Below are positions 1 to 9,573 of a stretch of 64,000 nt of DNA, in pieces. Origin of the DNA: a virus (taxonomy: Duplodnaviria > Caudoviricetes); IMG/VR virus record IMGVR_UViG_2791354774_000003. One strand, written 5' to 3'. The notes under the pieces are model-generated. The model ran no database searches. It had not been told where the DNA came from and saw only the letters and a program-made list of their open reading frames with translations. The position numbers and the translations under genes were made by a program. How positions within the stretch are numbered: the first letter of the stretch is position 1; each line of letters opens with the position of its first letter.

Positions 1-440
1 GGCAGAGCTACGGCGTAGGGCGTGCGGAACTGGTCGTACTCGCCCTGCCGCCGCGAGATGATTGCTGCCGGCTTGTTCCACATCAGGATCGCTTCGGCGG
101 CGCCCTTGACGTCTCCGGCCTTCAACCGCTTGGCCACGGTGGAGCGCGTGAACGCCGGCTGGCCGATGTTGAAGCAGAGCGACACGAGTGCGTCGAACTG
201 GTGCTGTTCGAGCTTCACGCCGAGATCCGACACCGGCTTGGCATATGCCTTCACGGCCTCGGTGAAGAGCGCGTCGCTGGTGGCCGCCGTGATCGTCAGC
301 CCCGGCGTCACCTTGATCAGCCCGGAAGCCGTCGTAATCCCGACGCCGATCGTGAGGATACCCACGCTGTCTTTGTAGGCGGTCAGCACCTCGCCTTCGC
401 GCGACTTCAGAGCCGCGCGCCCGATGGGCGACAGGTCCAT
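1..440 (-). CDS. Endolysin, GH24 lysozyme (3' end runs off the window)
   Basis: Manual translation MDLSPIGRAALKSREGEVLTAYKDSVGILTIGVG...FDALVSLCFNIG...RR; E-x8-D-x5-T catalytic motif; GGAG RBS; absent from the ORF track because it has no stop in the window. Confidence 0.92.
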   Translation of the reverse strand, partial: MDLSPIGRAALKSREGEVLTAYKDSVGILTIGVGITTASGLIKVTPGLTITAATSDALFTEAVKAYAKPVSDLGVKLEQHQFDALVSLCFNIGQPAFTRSTVAKRLKAGDVKGAAEAILMWNKPAAIISRRQGEYDQFRTPYAVAL

Positions 441-548
441 TCGTGTTCTCCGGATTGTCAGGAAGGGCGGGCGTTGAGCGGCCCGAGATCGATTCGTCAG
501 CGGCGCGTTGATGCCGACCGCGATGAGGGCTAGGCAACCAATGAGCAG

Positions 549-1301
549 TCAGGCTGGCGCCGTAGCCTTGTACGGGTGCGCGGCCGGCAAGCGCCCTTGG
601 ATGCCGTGCTCCCAAGCCACCCGGCCCTGAACCTTCGCCCGGGTCGCCGCGTCAGGGATGTTGCCTTGGACGACGCCGATTTCGTGGATAGAGCCAACGA
701 AGTTCTCGCCGCTCTGGCGCCCGCCGATAAACGAGGTCACTCCCGCAGCATAAGCGTCGTTGACGGTGCCCGACGCAGACTGGACGGCATCGACCCAGAT
801 CTGGGTCGGCAGCGTTGTCGATCGCTGCCTGATCCACTCGACAAGCTGCTTCTGCCCCGCGACGATCCGGCCGCTCGCGGTGCCGATCTGCTGCGATTGC
901 CCCTGACGGTTCATCACGATACCGCCGGACGTGTTCACCGCGATCTGGCGACCGCTGTTGCCCGAGCCGTCGGTCGAGCCGATGATCGACTTGTTGCTGC
1001 CCGTCAGGACCGGGATCGTGATGACGGCCCAGCCGTATTCGATCTCAGGATCGGCCGGCAACGTGGAAGGGATCTTCTGCGTGCTGGTCGTCGTGATGCC
1101 GCCGTCTGTCGTGTTCGCGGTCGGACGGCTTCCGGCCGTGGCCTGGACGCTATCCCGGTTGATCGGGCTGATGTCGTCCCACGTTCCGGTCCCGGCCGTG
1201 TCGCCCTGCCGCCGAGCCTCCAGCGACCCGGCCGGGAACGGCGTCGCCACCCCCGTGATGCACAGGACGTTGCGATCGGCGAGGTACTGGACGACGATCA
1301 C
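549..1301 (-). CDS. Virion-associated LamG/concanavalin-like domain protein
   Basis: Beta-rich; FIGG...FVGSIHEIGVV motif; C-terminal LPAAHPYKATAP tail seen in phage tail proteins. Confidence 0.6.
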   Translation of the reverse strand: MIVVQYLADRNVLCITGVATPFPAGSLEARRQGDTAGTGTWDDISPINRDSVQATAGSRPTANTTDGGITTTSTQKIPSTLPADPEIEYGWAVITIPVLTGSNKSIIGSTDGSGNSGRQIAVNTSGGIVMNRQGQSQQIGTASGRIVAGQKQLVEWIRQRSTTLPTQIWVDAVQSASGTVNDAYAAGVTSFIGGRQSGENFVGSIHEIGVVQGNIPDAATRAKVQGRVAWEHGIQGRLPAAHPYKATAPA

Positions 1302-1927
1302 GGCGCAGCCACCAAGGGAGTCACGAACAAGGTCTCTTGCGAGAGCCGGACCGGGACCGACGCGCGCAGCATGATTTTGGCGCCGTTCGCGAGGAAACCT
1401 GACCGCGGGGTCACTTGGAACAGTTCATCAATGCGGTGGGGCGTGCCGGCCGCTTCCGTCAGCGGCACGGTGCGCTCGGAGGTCGCGCCCTCAAGGCCCG
1501 AGATATTGCCGGCGATGTAGATCCCGATCTTGAGCCAGCCGCCGAAGAGCTGCGGCACGGCCGTCACTCGGAGCGAAAGCTGGTAGGAGTCGCCCGACTT
1601 GCGAGCACGCAGCACGCCGTCGTCATCCAGAAAGGCGAAGTCGGCGAAGGGGCCGCGCAGGTTGCCGAGCACATCCCTCGGCGCGGTCACGATAAAGGGA
1701 GCATCCGTGTTGGCGGGCAGATCCGTGACGGTCGCCCCCATCATCTCGCCGTAGCGGACCGTGCCGTAGTCGCCCGAGTCGCCCTGCGGCCCTCGCTCGC
1801 CTTGGATGCCCCGTGCGCCCTGCTGGCCGGGGACGGTCACGGAAGCCACGGCAGGCCGCCCAAGGGCCGCTACGGCCACCTGAGGGCGCCCCTGTACGGC
1901 GATGGCATAGACGGGCAACTTGCTCAC
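1298..1927 (-). CDS. Short collagen-repeat tail-associated protein
   Basis: GTG start overlapping the upstream stop; GQQGARGIQGERGPQGDSG Gly-X-Y run. Confidence 0.65.
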   Translation of the reverse strand: MSKLPVYAIAVQGRPQVAVAALGRPAVASVTVPGQQGARGIQGERGPQGDSGDYGTVRYGEMMGATVTDLPANTDAPFIVTAPRDVLGNLRGPFADFAFLDDDGVLRARKSGDSYQLSLRVTAVPQLFGGWLKIGIYIAGNISGLEGATSERTVPLTEAAGTPHRIDELFQVTPRSGFLANGAKIMLRASVPVRLSQETLFVTPLVAAP

Positions 1928-2322
1928 GCAGCACCCGTGCTCGGCAGAACCCGGATCTGAATGCGGCCGATGCCCTTGGGCTCGCCCTGCGCTGTAGCTC
2001 GGCGGAAGAGATCTCCGACGACCGTGGATGGAAGCAGGAGCGCGCCGGGACGTACAGCCGACAGTCGCCAAGTCCGCCCCTGGCTCGGCACGCTCACCCG
2101 CACCTTGCCGGCGGCGGGCTCTACGATGGTCAGCGAGCCATTCGCGGCAGCCGTGTTGCAGACGCCAACCGACACGTTGTCCGACAGTGACACGAACCTC
2201 ACGAAGAGTTCCGAGCCGGTCAGGTTCATTGGAGCGGAGCCGTCCAACTCGTTGACCGTCAGATCGAACTCCCACGGCTCGGCGTCGTAAAACGCGTCGG
2301 GGGCGGAGACGATGATCGCCAT
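1924..2322 (-). CDS. BppU-like receptor-binding-protein adaptor
   Basis: DGSAPMNLTG...GSLTIVEPAAGKVRV pattern; lies in the tail fibre cluster. Confidence 0.6.
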   Translation of the reverse strand: MAIIVSAPDAFYDAEPWEFDLTVNELDGSAPMNLTGSELFVRFVSLSDNVSVGVCNTAAANGSLTIVEPAAGKVRVSVPSQGRTWRLSAVRPGALLLPSTVVGDLFRRATAQGEPKGIGRIQIRVLPSTGAA

Positions 2323-2430
2323 CTACAGGTCACCCCAACCGTAGGTCATGCAGCGCTCCCACCAAAGGCGCCATCCAGCTTCCCAGACGGCAAGGCAGAG
2401 ACCGAAGTAGGCGGCTTCTTCGCGGCGCAT
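2323..2430 (-). CDS. 35-aa Trp-rich small protein
   Basis: GGAGAGGG RBS, ATG, MRREEAAYFGLCLAVWEAGWRLWWERCMTYGWGDL; its TAG abuts the next ATG. Confidence 0.5.
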   Translation of the reverse strand: MRREEAAYFGLCLAVWEAGWRLWWERCMTYGWGDL

Positions 2431-2483
2431 GGCCCTCTCCAGTATGGAGGCAAGGTGTCGGGCGAGCAGGACCAGCGCCCAAT

Positions 2484-4031
2484 TCAACCGTCGAAGATGG
2501 CTACGGAGATAATACTCGCGTCTCGCAGGGCATCATTTCGGTCGAACAACCGAATTGCAACTTGAGACGCACTCTCGCCGAACGTCTGCACAGTAACCGG
2601 GGCATTCGTTGAGACAACGGGTGTTTTAGTCGCGTTCCCCGTTGAGTCGAGTAGAGTTATCGTGTAGGTGCCGGTTGCATCTTTAGAAATATTCGCCACA
2701 CCAAATGACGATACCGGCGCAACTTGCCCGCTCGCCACAGTGCCGTCGAACCTAGCGCGGGCGATAACCCGAGCGCTGAGTAGTCCAGGCGCCTCAACCG
2801 GGCTGTTGTAAATCGGTGAACTATCGCTGAAGGTAAACTTGTTCGACGGGCCGTAGTGCTGGATATATCTGCGAGAAGCCAGAGGCTGATAATCATTGTA
2901 ACTTCGATGAGCGCACGCCCTCATATCAAGTTTGACATGGCCAGAATTCGCACTTGTCTCAACCATGACGTTGTGCGTGGCAAAATGCGATGAATCCGGC
3001 CGATTGAAGGTAACTCCGGTCATTGAATAGGTTGAGGGATCGCTGCCTGCGGTCAGCATTATATCGGAGAGTCCAATATTCCCCTCAACATATGTACCCA
3101 GCATCGACAGCGCTGCTCCGCCTTCGCCGCCCGAGTTGAGCATCTGAAGGCCGAACCCAAATCCCCCAGCATCTCCCCCGTTTGCCTCGATGCTTCCCCC
3201 TACAATCGCCACACAAGATGCAGCTTCGATATGAGCCCCGTAGAGAGAATTTAGAGAAATAACGGGGGCGTTAAATGTAAGCGCGTTTCCATTCGAGAAT
3301 GTAGTTCTCGGGAATACGCGCAGCCCAGCACGATTGTATTTTGCTTCCCACTTACTAAAGGAGCAAGAGACGACGTCTGTGAGTCCGAACCCGAGCCCGA
3401 ACCCTTCCACATAAATGGGATCAAAATCGGCAAAGGCTAGTTTTTTCAGCGACAGGCCGACGGCCTGCTGTTTGCCGCCCGTCGTGATTGTAAATCCCCC
3501 CAGGCGGTGCCTCAAATAGGCGCCGAAATTTCCGCTGATGGCCGGGTCTCCAACAATCGTCAGCGCTGACAGATTGCCATCTGGCCCGTCATAGAACAAT
3601 TGTGCCGATGAGGGGCCAGCAGCCTGGAAGTTTGGCGTGCGCCCATCTTCAAGTCGCTTGGAGATATCGAGGGTGAGCGGTCTTACAAATCTAAATTTCC
3701 CTTTGTTTAGAAAGAAACGATCCGCCCTCAGGGAGGCGTTCCCCAAGGCATCTTCCAAGTATGCCGTTGCATCGGTAACACCATCCCCTGGCGCTCCAAG
3801 CGCTTTGAAGTTGATGTCGTCACTGAACCAATCACGCAACAGTCGCCCGGCGACGGGCTGCTGTGGGAGCTTGTCTTTTTGGACCGCGCCGTCGATAGCG
3901 GCGGCGATCGTCTTGATTCCACCTTCAAGCGGCACAGGTGCCGCAGCTAACGCTGCGCCAACCCGCGCATCTCCAGGCTTCAATTCGGACAGAACACCGT
4001 CGATATATGCGCCAAAGCGAAACTCGGGCAT
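2484..4031 (-). CDS. Tailspike / pectate-lyase-like beta-helix depolymerase
   Basis: INFKALGAPGDGVTDAT entry motif, beta-helix-like repeats; visibly more AT-rich than its neighbours. Confidence 0.8.
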   Translation of the reverse strand: MPEFRFGAYIDGVLSELKPGDARVGAALAAAPVPLEGGIKTIAAAIDGAVQKDKLPQQPVAGRLLRDWFSDDINFKALGAPGDGVTDATAYLEDALGNASLRADRFFLNKGKFRFVRPLTLDISKRLEDGRTPNFQAAGPSSAQLFYDGPDGNLSALTIVGDPAISGNFGAYLRHRLGGFTITTGGKQQAVGLSLKKLAFADFDPIYVEGFGLGFGLTDVVSCSFSKWEAKYNRAGLRVFPRTTFSNGNALTFNAPVISLNSLYGAHIEAASCVAIVGGSIEANGGDAGGFGFGLQMLNSGGEGGAALSMLGTYVEGNIGLSDIMLTAGSDPSTYSMTGVTFNRPDSSHFATHNVMVETSANSGHVKLDMRACAHRSYNDYQPLASRRYIQHYGPSNKFTFSDSSPIYNSPVEAPGLLSARVIARARFDGTVASGQVAPVSSFGVANISKDATGTYTITLLDSTGNATKTPVVSTNAPVTVQTFGESASQVAIRLFDRNDALRDASIISVAIFDG

Positions 4032-4081
4032 GCAGATGCCTTGCTGTCAGGTGATGTACGGAAGACAGGAGCGCGCGAGCG

Positions 4082-6352
4082 CTAGAAGCCCTCAACCGTC
4101 CAGTACGCCGCCAGGGTCACCCCAGAGGCGTTGCCGGCGACAACGACAGTGATTACCGTGCCCGTGACGCTGATGATCGAGAGCCCGACTGTGGCGCCGT
4201 TCGAGTTGCCCGGCGTCACCATGGCGACCGGCGTCTCGTGGAAGAACGGGAGGACGCCGCCGGACCGGCGCGGGAGCGGGATGGTAAACCGTCCCTGAGC
4301 GTCGGACGTGTACACGCCGACTCCCTTGAACCGATAGTAGCCGCTGTCGCTGACCGTCCCGCCTTTTGAAGCCGCATCGGCCTCGCTGATCTGGTACGGC
4401 TGATCGCCCGTGCCGGCGTAGACGACGACCGGCGGGTTGCCCCACCAATTCAACAGTTTCGTGCGACGCTCGACGATCGTGCCCGTCTTCGACCCACCCA
4501 TACGGAAGGCGCACGTTGCGGTGGCGTGGTCGGTGAGCAGCGAGCTTCCGGTGATCTCGCCCGCGAAGCAGGCCGTGTCCGTGTGGACGAGGACGTAGTT
4601 GGTACGCGTGCTCCCGTCCGAGGGGGCTCCGGCCGAGAACTGCATTCCGTCCAGCATGAAGTCGTTCACGTCGCGGAAGTTGACGTGCCGCAGCTCGCCC
4701 CCATCCGTCACGACGCCGGCCGGCAGCGGTCGGCCGGCGTTGTTGGCCGTCTGTATCCAGAACCCGCCACGCACGCGCACGCCCTTGCAGCGGTACATGT
4801 CGAGGGCGAACCCGAGGCCTTCCCAATCGCAGCCATTGAACTCCCAGAGGAGGGAGTAATAGAAGCCGGAGCGACTGTTGTTGACGCGACAGAAGCCCCA
4901 GCCGTTGTAGCCATGGCATCCAGAAAACAGCACGGCTTCGAGGGCTTGAGCGCAAGAACAGTCCCACGCCCACGTATAGTTGGCGACGATGACGTCCTTC
5001 CACGAGTAGGCGAACGAGCCGTAGGTGCAGGCATTGGTGACCTTGACCTCAATGCCGGCGCCAGCCTGCATCTGATTGTCGGGACCGAACACCTGAAGGT
5101 CGTAGATCGTCGCCCCGCGCGGCATATCTCCGAGCAGCCATCCGCGTGTACCGCGATCAAATCGAGCCTTCTGCACGGTGAGGCATTGGCCGCGTCCGAT
5201 CCCGCCCACACCGAAGAATGTCGTGAGCAGGGTCGTCGGAACGCTCGACGCACTGTCGAGATCGACGCCGCGCCATGTGAAGGGCCCCGACGCCTTCGCG
5301 GCCTCCGTGCCGTGATTCCAGCACCCCGACGAGGCTCCGACGCATTTGATCGTCGCGGGACCGGGGCTTGAGACGTGGCATGCCTTGGTTGCGGTGCTGT
5401 CGATCGGGAACGAGGTCAGCGCCGTGCAGCCGCGCGGGAGCACCGTGCAAGAGGCCATCCCGTTCCCGACGGCAATATCGATCCGACGCTGGATCGCGTG
5501 GCCGTCGATCTCCTCCGTCAGGGCGACCGCACGCGGGAATACGGCTTTCGCTGCCGCTAGGCCCGCCGAGCCCGTGCCGAATCGCTCGCTGAGCGGATGG
5601 CTCTGCCCGTCTCCAACGAAGCCGAGCGCGCGCAGCTCAGCGCCCTCAATCATCAGGTCGGCGAGCCAATCGAGGATCGTCTTGTTCGAGGACGGAAGGT
5701 TGTAGCCGGCCGCCGCTTGAAGGAACGCGGCGAGACCGAGCTTGCCCGACAGAGCGGGGTCCAGCGCGGCCGGCGTCACGAACTTGTCGGTCGCCTCGCC
5801 TTGATCCACGTCGGCGGACGATGCGGCCGAGGCGAACCCGCCCGGCACGACGAGCGCCGTACCCTCCTCGGCAACGACGCGCGCCTCCCCGAGGGCGACG
5901 ACGACCTGACCTGATGCCGTCGCGGTCGCCACAATCTGCCGCCAGCCAGAGGCGGGAGGGGTCGTGACGAGGGTGCCGTTGGCTCCGACGAAGAGTGTTG
6001 TCCCAGCCGTGAAGCCGCCGTCGGGGCCGAGCAAGTCCCCGGCATTCTGGATGGAGGCCGGCAATCCAACCGAAGCGCCCCGTGCCGTGATGCCGATGAT
6101 TCGGCCTCGGTGGGTAGGATCGGAGGGGGCCGCAGGAATGACCGAGCCGTCCGCATTGGCAACGAGAGCCCGCCAGGCCGGGATGCTCGCCGCAGCGGTG
6201 CGGGTAAAGATGACGCCCTGCCCCGGTGCGCCATCGCGGCCATCGGTGCCGTTCCGGCCATCCACGCCGTCAGTGCCGTCACGCCCTGGCGTGCCGATGC
6301 CCGGCACATAGATGGCGGACGGTGCGGGCACCGTGCTGTTTACGATAGCCAT
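4082..6352 (-). CDS. Tail fibre/tailspike: N-terminal collagen repeat, cement-like domain, beta-helix
   Basis: GRDGTDGVDGRNGTDGRDGAPG; LGFVGDGQSHPLSERF motif; H-lectin-like C-terminus. Confidence 0.75.
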   Translation of the reverse strand: MAIVNSTVPAPSAIYVPGIGTPGRDGTDGVDGRNGTDGRDGAPGQGVIFTRTAAASIPAWRALVANADGSVIPAAPSDPTHRGRIIGITARGASVGLPASIQNAGDLLGPDGGFTAGTTLFVGANGTLVTTPPASGWRQIVATATASGQVVVALGEARVVAEEGTALVVPGGFASAASSADVDQGEATDKFVTPAALDPALSGKLGLAAFLQAAAGYNLPSSNKTILDWLADLMIEGAELRALGFVGDGQSHPLSERFGTGSAGLAAAKAVFPRAVALTEEIDGHAIQRRIDIAVGNGMASCTVLPRGCTALTSFPIDSTATKACHVSSPGPATIKCVGASSGCWNHGTEAAKASGPFTWRGVDLDSASSVPTTLLTTFFGVGGIGRGQCLTVQKARFDRGTRGWLLGDMPRGATIYDLQVFGPDNQMQAGAGIEVKVTNACTYGSFAYSWKDVIVANYTWAWDCSCAQALEAVLFSGCHGYNGWGFCRVNNSRSGFYYSLLWEFNGCDWEGLGFALDMYRCKGVRVRGGFWIQTANNAGRPLPAGVVTDGGELRHVNFRDVNDFMLDGMQFSAGAPSDGSTRTNYVLVHTDTACFAGEITGSSLLTDHATATCAFRMGGSKTGTIVERRTKLLNWWGNPPVVVYAGTGDQPYQISEADAASKGGTVSDSGYYRFKGVGVYTSDAQGRFTIPLPRRSGGVLPFFHETPVAMVTPGNSNGATVGLSIISVTGTVITVVVAGNASGVTLAAYWTVEGF

Positions 6353-6435
6353 GATGGGAGACCCACGGCGCAAGGGACCGCGGAGGCGGACAGCCTCGAC
6401 ACGATCAGGAGCGGAAAAGGGTGATGCGTGACCCG

Positions 6436-7116
6436 TCAGGCCACGCGGGTGACGCCCGGCACGATGTTCGCCGTGCCGCTGTAGACGCGGCGCGTGATGC
6501 TGCCGTCGCGGGCAATCAGGTCGTAGTCGTAGAGGGCTGGTGCGATGCCCTGCATCTTGGCGGCAGGGAAGGCGATGTTGACCGTTCCACCGGCGCCTGC
6601 GTTGACCAGCGTCGGCGTCGGGGCCGCTTCGGTCGAAGCCGACAGAACCACCGTGGCAGGATAGTCCGAGGCCGTGCCAAGCGTGCGCCGAAGCTGCATG
6701 TCGAAGCGGATGCCAGACACGTCCTGCAAGGCGCCGAGCACAGCCAGCGAGAACCCATCATCGACCGCGAAAGCCGTTGAACCCTGATTGACCGTCAGGC
6801 TCATTCCGTTGACGACGAGCGGCGCGCCGACGACCCCGCGGGCGAGTTCGTTCGCTCCCCCGCCGACTTGGAGCAGTGAGAGCGAGTAGAAGGTTGCCCC
6901 CGCCTCGATATCGGTGATGACGATGCGATACGTGCCGAGCGGCGTGTAGGGCTGCACCGTCACGGCGCCGACCGTGCCGTTGCCCTTGTTGGATGGATCG
7001 GCCACCTCGACCGGCGACGCTGCCACGACGAAGGCGAAGCCATCGACCCAATCCTCGTTGGTGCCGGTCTCGAAATTCTGCTTGCGCGGGATGATATTGA
7101 GGATCTGGCTCACCAC
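6436..7116 (-). CDS. Virion structural / BppU-like adaptor protein
   Basis: LQDVSGIRFDMQLR...YDYDLIA...VYSGTANIVPGVTR pattern. Confidence 0.6.
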   Translation of the reverse strand: MVSQILNIIPRKQNFETGTNEDWVDGFAFVVAASPVEVADPSNKGNGTVGAVTVQPYTPLGTYRIVITDIEAGATFYSLSLLQVGGGANELARGVVGAPLVVNGMSLTVNQGSTAFAVDDGFSLAVLGALQDVSGIRFDMQLRRTLGTASDYPATVVLSASTEAAPTPTLVNAGAGGTVNIAFPAAKMQGIAPALYDYDLIARDGSITRRVYSGTANIVPGVTRVA

Positions 7117-7124
7117 GAGAGGGC

Positions 7125-7550
7125 TTAGCTCCCGATCGTCACGGCTTGGCGAAAAAGGTCGTCGATGGCGGCGCTGTCGAGGTCCACAAGTTCGCCGATC
7201 GCAGTCACGTAGGCGTTGTTGCGCTCCCACGTGCCCGCAAGTGCGTACCAGTCCTTGACGTCGTCATCCGCCTTGGCGATGGCCGCCTCCACCTTCTCAC
7301 GCAGATCAGAGCGGCGAAGCTGGATCTTGGCCTGCGCCGCACTGATGCTCGGCGGAACTGGATCGGGCTGCGGCGGGGGCTTCTTGAACTTGCCCTTGGC
7401 GTAGAGGTCTCCTTCCGCCACGCTGTCGTTGCAGGCAACCAGAGCCGCAGCGAACTCGGGCCGGAACACATCCTCGCCGGGCTTCAGGCCATCTTCGACG
7501 GTCAGGATCTCGCGAACCGTCCCGTCCACGACATGGGCGAAGGTCTGCAT
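7125..7550 (-). CDS. Tail fibre assembly/chaperone-like protein
   Basis: Directly after the tail fibre; VPPSISAAQAKIQL...IDDLFRQA motif. Confidence 0.6.
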   Translation of the reverse strand: MQTFAHVVDGTVREILTVEDGLKPGEDVFRPEFAAALVACNDSVAEGDLYAKGKFKKPPPQPDPVPPSISAAQAKIQLRRSDLREKVEAAIAKADDDVKDWYALAGTWERNNAYVTAIGELVDLDSAAIDDLFRQAVTIGS

Positions 7551-7565
7551 GTCAAAGAGCCCCGA

Positions 7566-8750
7566 TCAGTACTGAATGAAGATGGCGCCATCCGCGCCGT
7601 TACCGCCGACCTGAGCGGTGTTCGTGTGCCAGATGCCGCCGCCGCCGGAGCCCGGAGCGAAGCCGTCAAGCACGCCGTTGGTGTTGTTGGTCGCAGTTCG
7701 ACCGCCGCCACCGAAGGCTGATGCCGCACCCTGGCCGCCTTGGACGGCGTTGCTGTAGGGGTTCCCGTCGCCGCCGTTTGAGCCGTAGAGATTGCGCTGG
7801 CCGCCGAGCCCGCCGCCGGGCGTGCCGCCAGGCGAGCCGTTGCCGCCTCCGCGTCCACCTGTGCCGCCGGACGCCTGCATCAGCGAACCGACCGTGGTTG
7901 TGCCACCGGTTGTCGCCACAGCATTGTTGCCGTTGTTCGCGCCGATGCCCTTGGCTCCGACGACGAGCGCGATGGTGTCGCCGGGATTGACGCTGAACCA
8001 GCCCGCAGCGTATCCGCCCGAGCCGCCGCCGCCCGACGACCACGTCGCGCCGCCGCCGCCGCCTCCACCGCCACCGCCAGCGCCAACGCACTCGGCGAAG
8101 ATCCAGAACACGCCGGGCGGGACCGTGAAGGTGTAGTTGCCTGCTGCCGTGTAGGACGAGAGACGCCGCGCCGGGAGGTTGGAGGACCGGATGCCCTGCA
8201 CCCGCAGAACCGAGCCGTCATCCGACATGAGCAGGATGTCGCCCGTGCCCCAATCGCCAGCCTGGATCTGCGTGCCATCCGATCTGACGACTGCACGAGC
8301 ACCCTGCCCGTCGAGGTTGGCAACCACGGCCCCGGTTGGCGCAAACAGCACGCGGATCTGGTAGAGCGCGCCGGCCACGTAGCTTGCGATGTCGGGCGAG
8401 ACGTTGGCGACGATGTTGTTCTGCGTGCCCGTATCTAGACCATAGTGAACCCGCTCGACCGAAGGCACCACGTTGGCGCCAACGTATTGACCAAGCGCGT
8501 TCTGAAAGTTGGTCCGCAGTCCAGCGATGTCGCCGTTATCGCGCGCATCGTAGTTTTGCGCCGCGATGAAGTCACCGATCATGGAGGCGAGGACGGTGCC
8601 TTGTCGCCATGCATTGTTGGCGAGGAGCGGATCGGCCTCCCCTTCCACGACGCCGGTTTGCCGCGCCGCGTTCGCCATGTAACTGGCGACGGTGTAGACA
8701 TTCGCTCCCGAACCCGTAGCGAACGGGTAGAAGTCGTTCTGACCAGCCAT
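7566..8750 (-). CDS. Tail fibre protein with glycine-rich C-terminal domain
   Basis: NDFYPFATGSGANV baseplate-anchoring N-terminus; FTVPPGV...VGAGGGGG. Confidence 0.8.
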   Translation of the reverse strand: MAGQNDFYPFATGSGANVYTVASYMANAARQTGVVEGEADPLLANNAWRQGTVLASMIGDFIAAQNYDARDNGDIAGLRTNFQNALGQYVGANVVPSVERVHYGLDTGTQNNIVANVSPDIASYVAGALYQIRVLFAPTGAVVANLDGQGARAVVRSDGTQIQAGDWGTGDILLMSDDGSVLRVQGIRSSNLPARRLSSYTAAGNYTFTVPPGVFWIFAECVGAGGGGGGGGGGATWSSGGGGSGGYAAGWFSVNPGDTIALVVGAKGIGANNGNNAVATTGGTTTVGSLMQASGGTGGRGGGNGSPGGTPGGGLGGQRNLYGSNGGDGNPYSNAVQGGQGAASAFGGGGRTATNNTNGVLDGFAPGSGGGGIWHTNTAQVGGNGADGAIFIQY

Positions 8751-8781
8751 TGCTTGCCTGCAAGTTAGGGGAGGCGGAGCC

Positions 8782-9573
8782 TCAAGCTTTGTTCAGCAGA
8801 TATTCCGGGGAAACGGCCCAAGCGCCTGCCCCCCAGCCGGAAATGTACTTGTTCTGCACGCCGAATCCGAAGATCGGCCGCCGATTGACCGAGGTGACGC
8901 GGTACGTCACCGTCACGCCGGCTGGTTTCAACCGAAGTGCGTTCTGACCGAGCAATCCGAGCATGACCGGAGGCGGGATCTTGCCGGCGATGCAAATGCT
9001 CATGGCGACGTTGACGGTGCCGATATTCGGCTTCTGCACCCCATCGCCTCGCCAGGAACCCCGCTGCCATCCTCGGCCAGCGATGCCCCACGCGAACGTG
9101 GCGCGCGGGAACGGCACCTGCCCCTTGTCCTGGATAAAGACGAAGGTCTCGGGGTCGATGAAGAAGGCGTCCAACACCTCCTGCGCTCCCGGCACCGTGC
9201 CGTCCCACCGATTGGCGAGCACCACGGCCTTCAGCAGACGCCGATAGGTCTCGTCATCAAGGAGGGAGACACCGAAGCGCTGCGAGAAGGGCTGGCGCCA
9301 AACGCCTTGGCCCCATCCCCGCCCCGGCGTCGCCCACGCGAAATAGGCATTCGGGATCGGCACCGGCACGCGGCGTGATGGGCCAATCCACTCACCGTCT
9401 ACATCGAGTTGCGCGCCGGCCGCCGTGTCGAGATCGTAGGCGACTGGGATTGAGGCGATGACGGCCTTCGCCGTGGTGATCGGCTCCAAAGTGGCCGAGA
9501 CCGTCGCGCTGAACTTCGGACGCGGCGATTGCCACGGCGTGATCCGGCCGAGGTAGTCGTCGAGCGTGACCAT
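8782..9573 (-). CDS. Baseplate wedge protein (DUF2612-like)
   Basis: YDLDTAAGAQLDVDGEWIG, LDDETYRRLLKA, WDGT motifs. Confidence 0.85.
   Translation of the reverse strand: MVTLDDYLGRITPWQSPRPKFSATVSATLEPITTAKAVIASIPVAYDLDTAAGAQLDVDGEWIGPSRRVPVPIPNAYFAWATPGRGWGQGVWRQPFSQRFGVSLLDDETYRRLLKAVVLANRWDGTVPGAQEVLDAFFIDPETFVFIQDKGQVPFPRATFAWGIAGRGWQRGSWRGDGVQKPNIGTVNVAMSICIAGKIPPPVMLGLLGQNALRLKPAGVTVTYRVTSVNRRPIFGFGVQNKYISGWGAGAWAVSPEYLLNKA

Noticed and set aside
7566-8110. GCC-rich repeats as a VNTR or DGR variable region
   Set aside because: They are glycine codons of the fibre domain; no reverse transcriptase or template repeat was seen.
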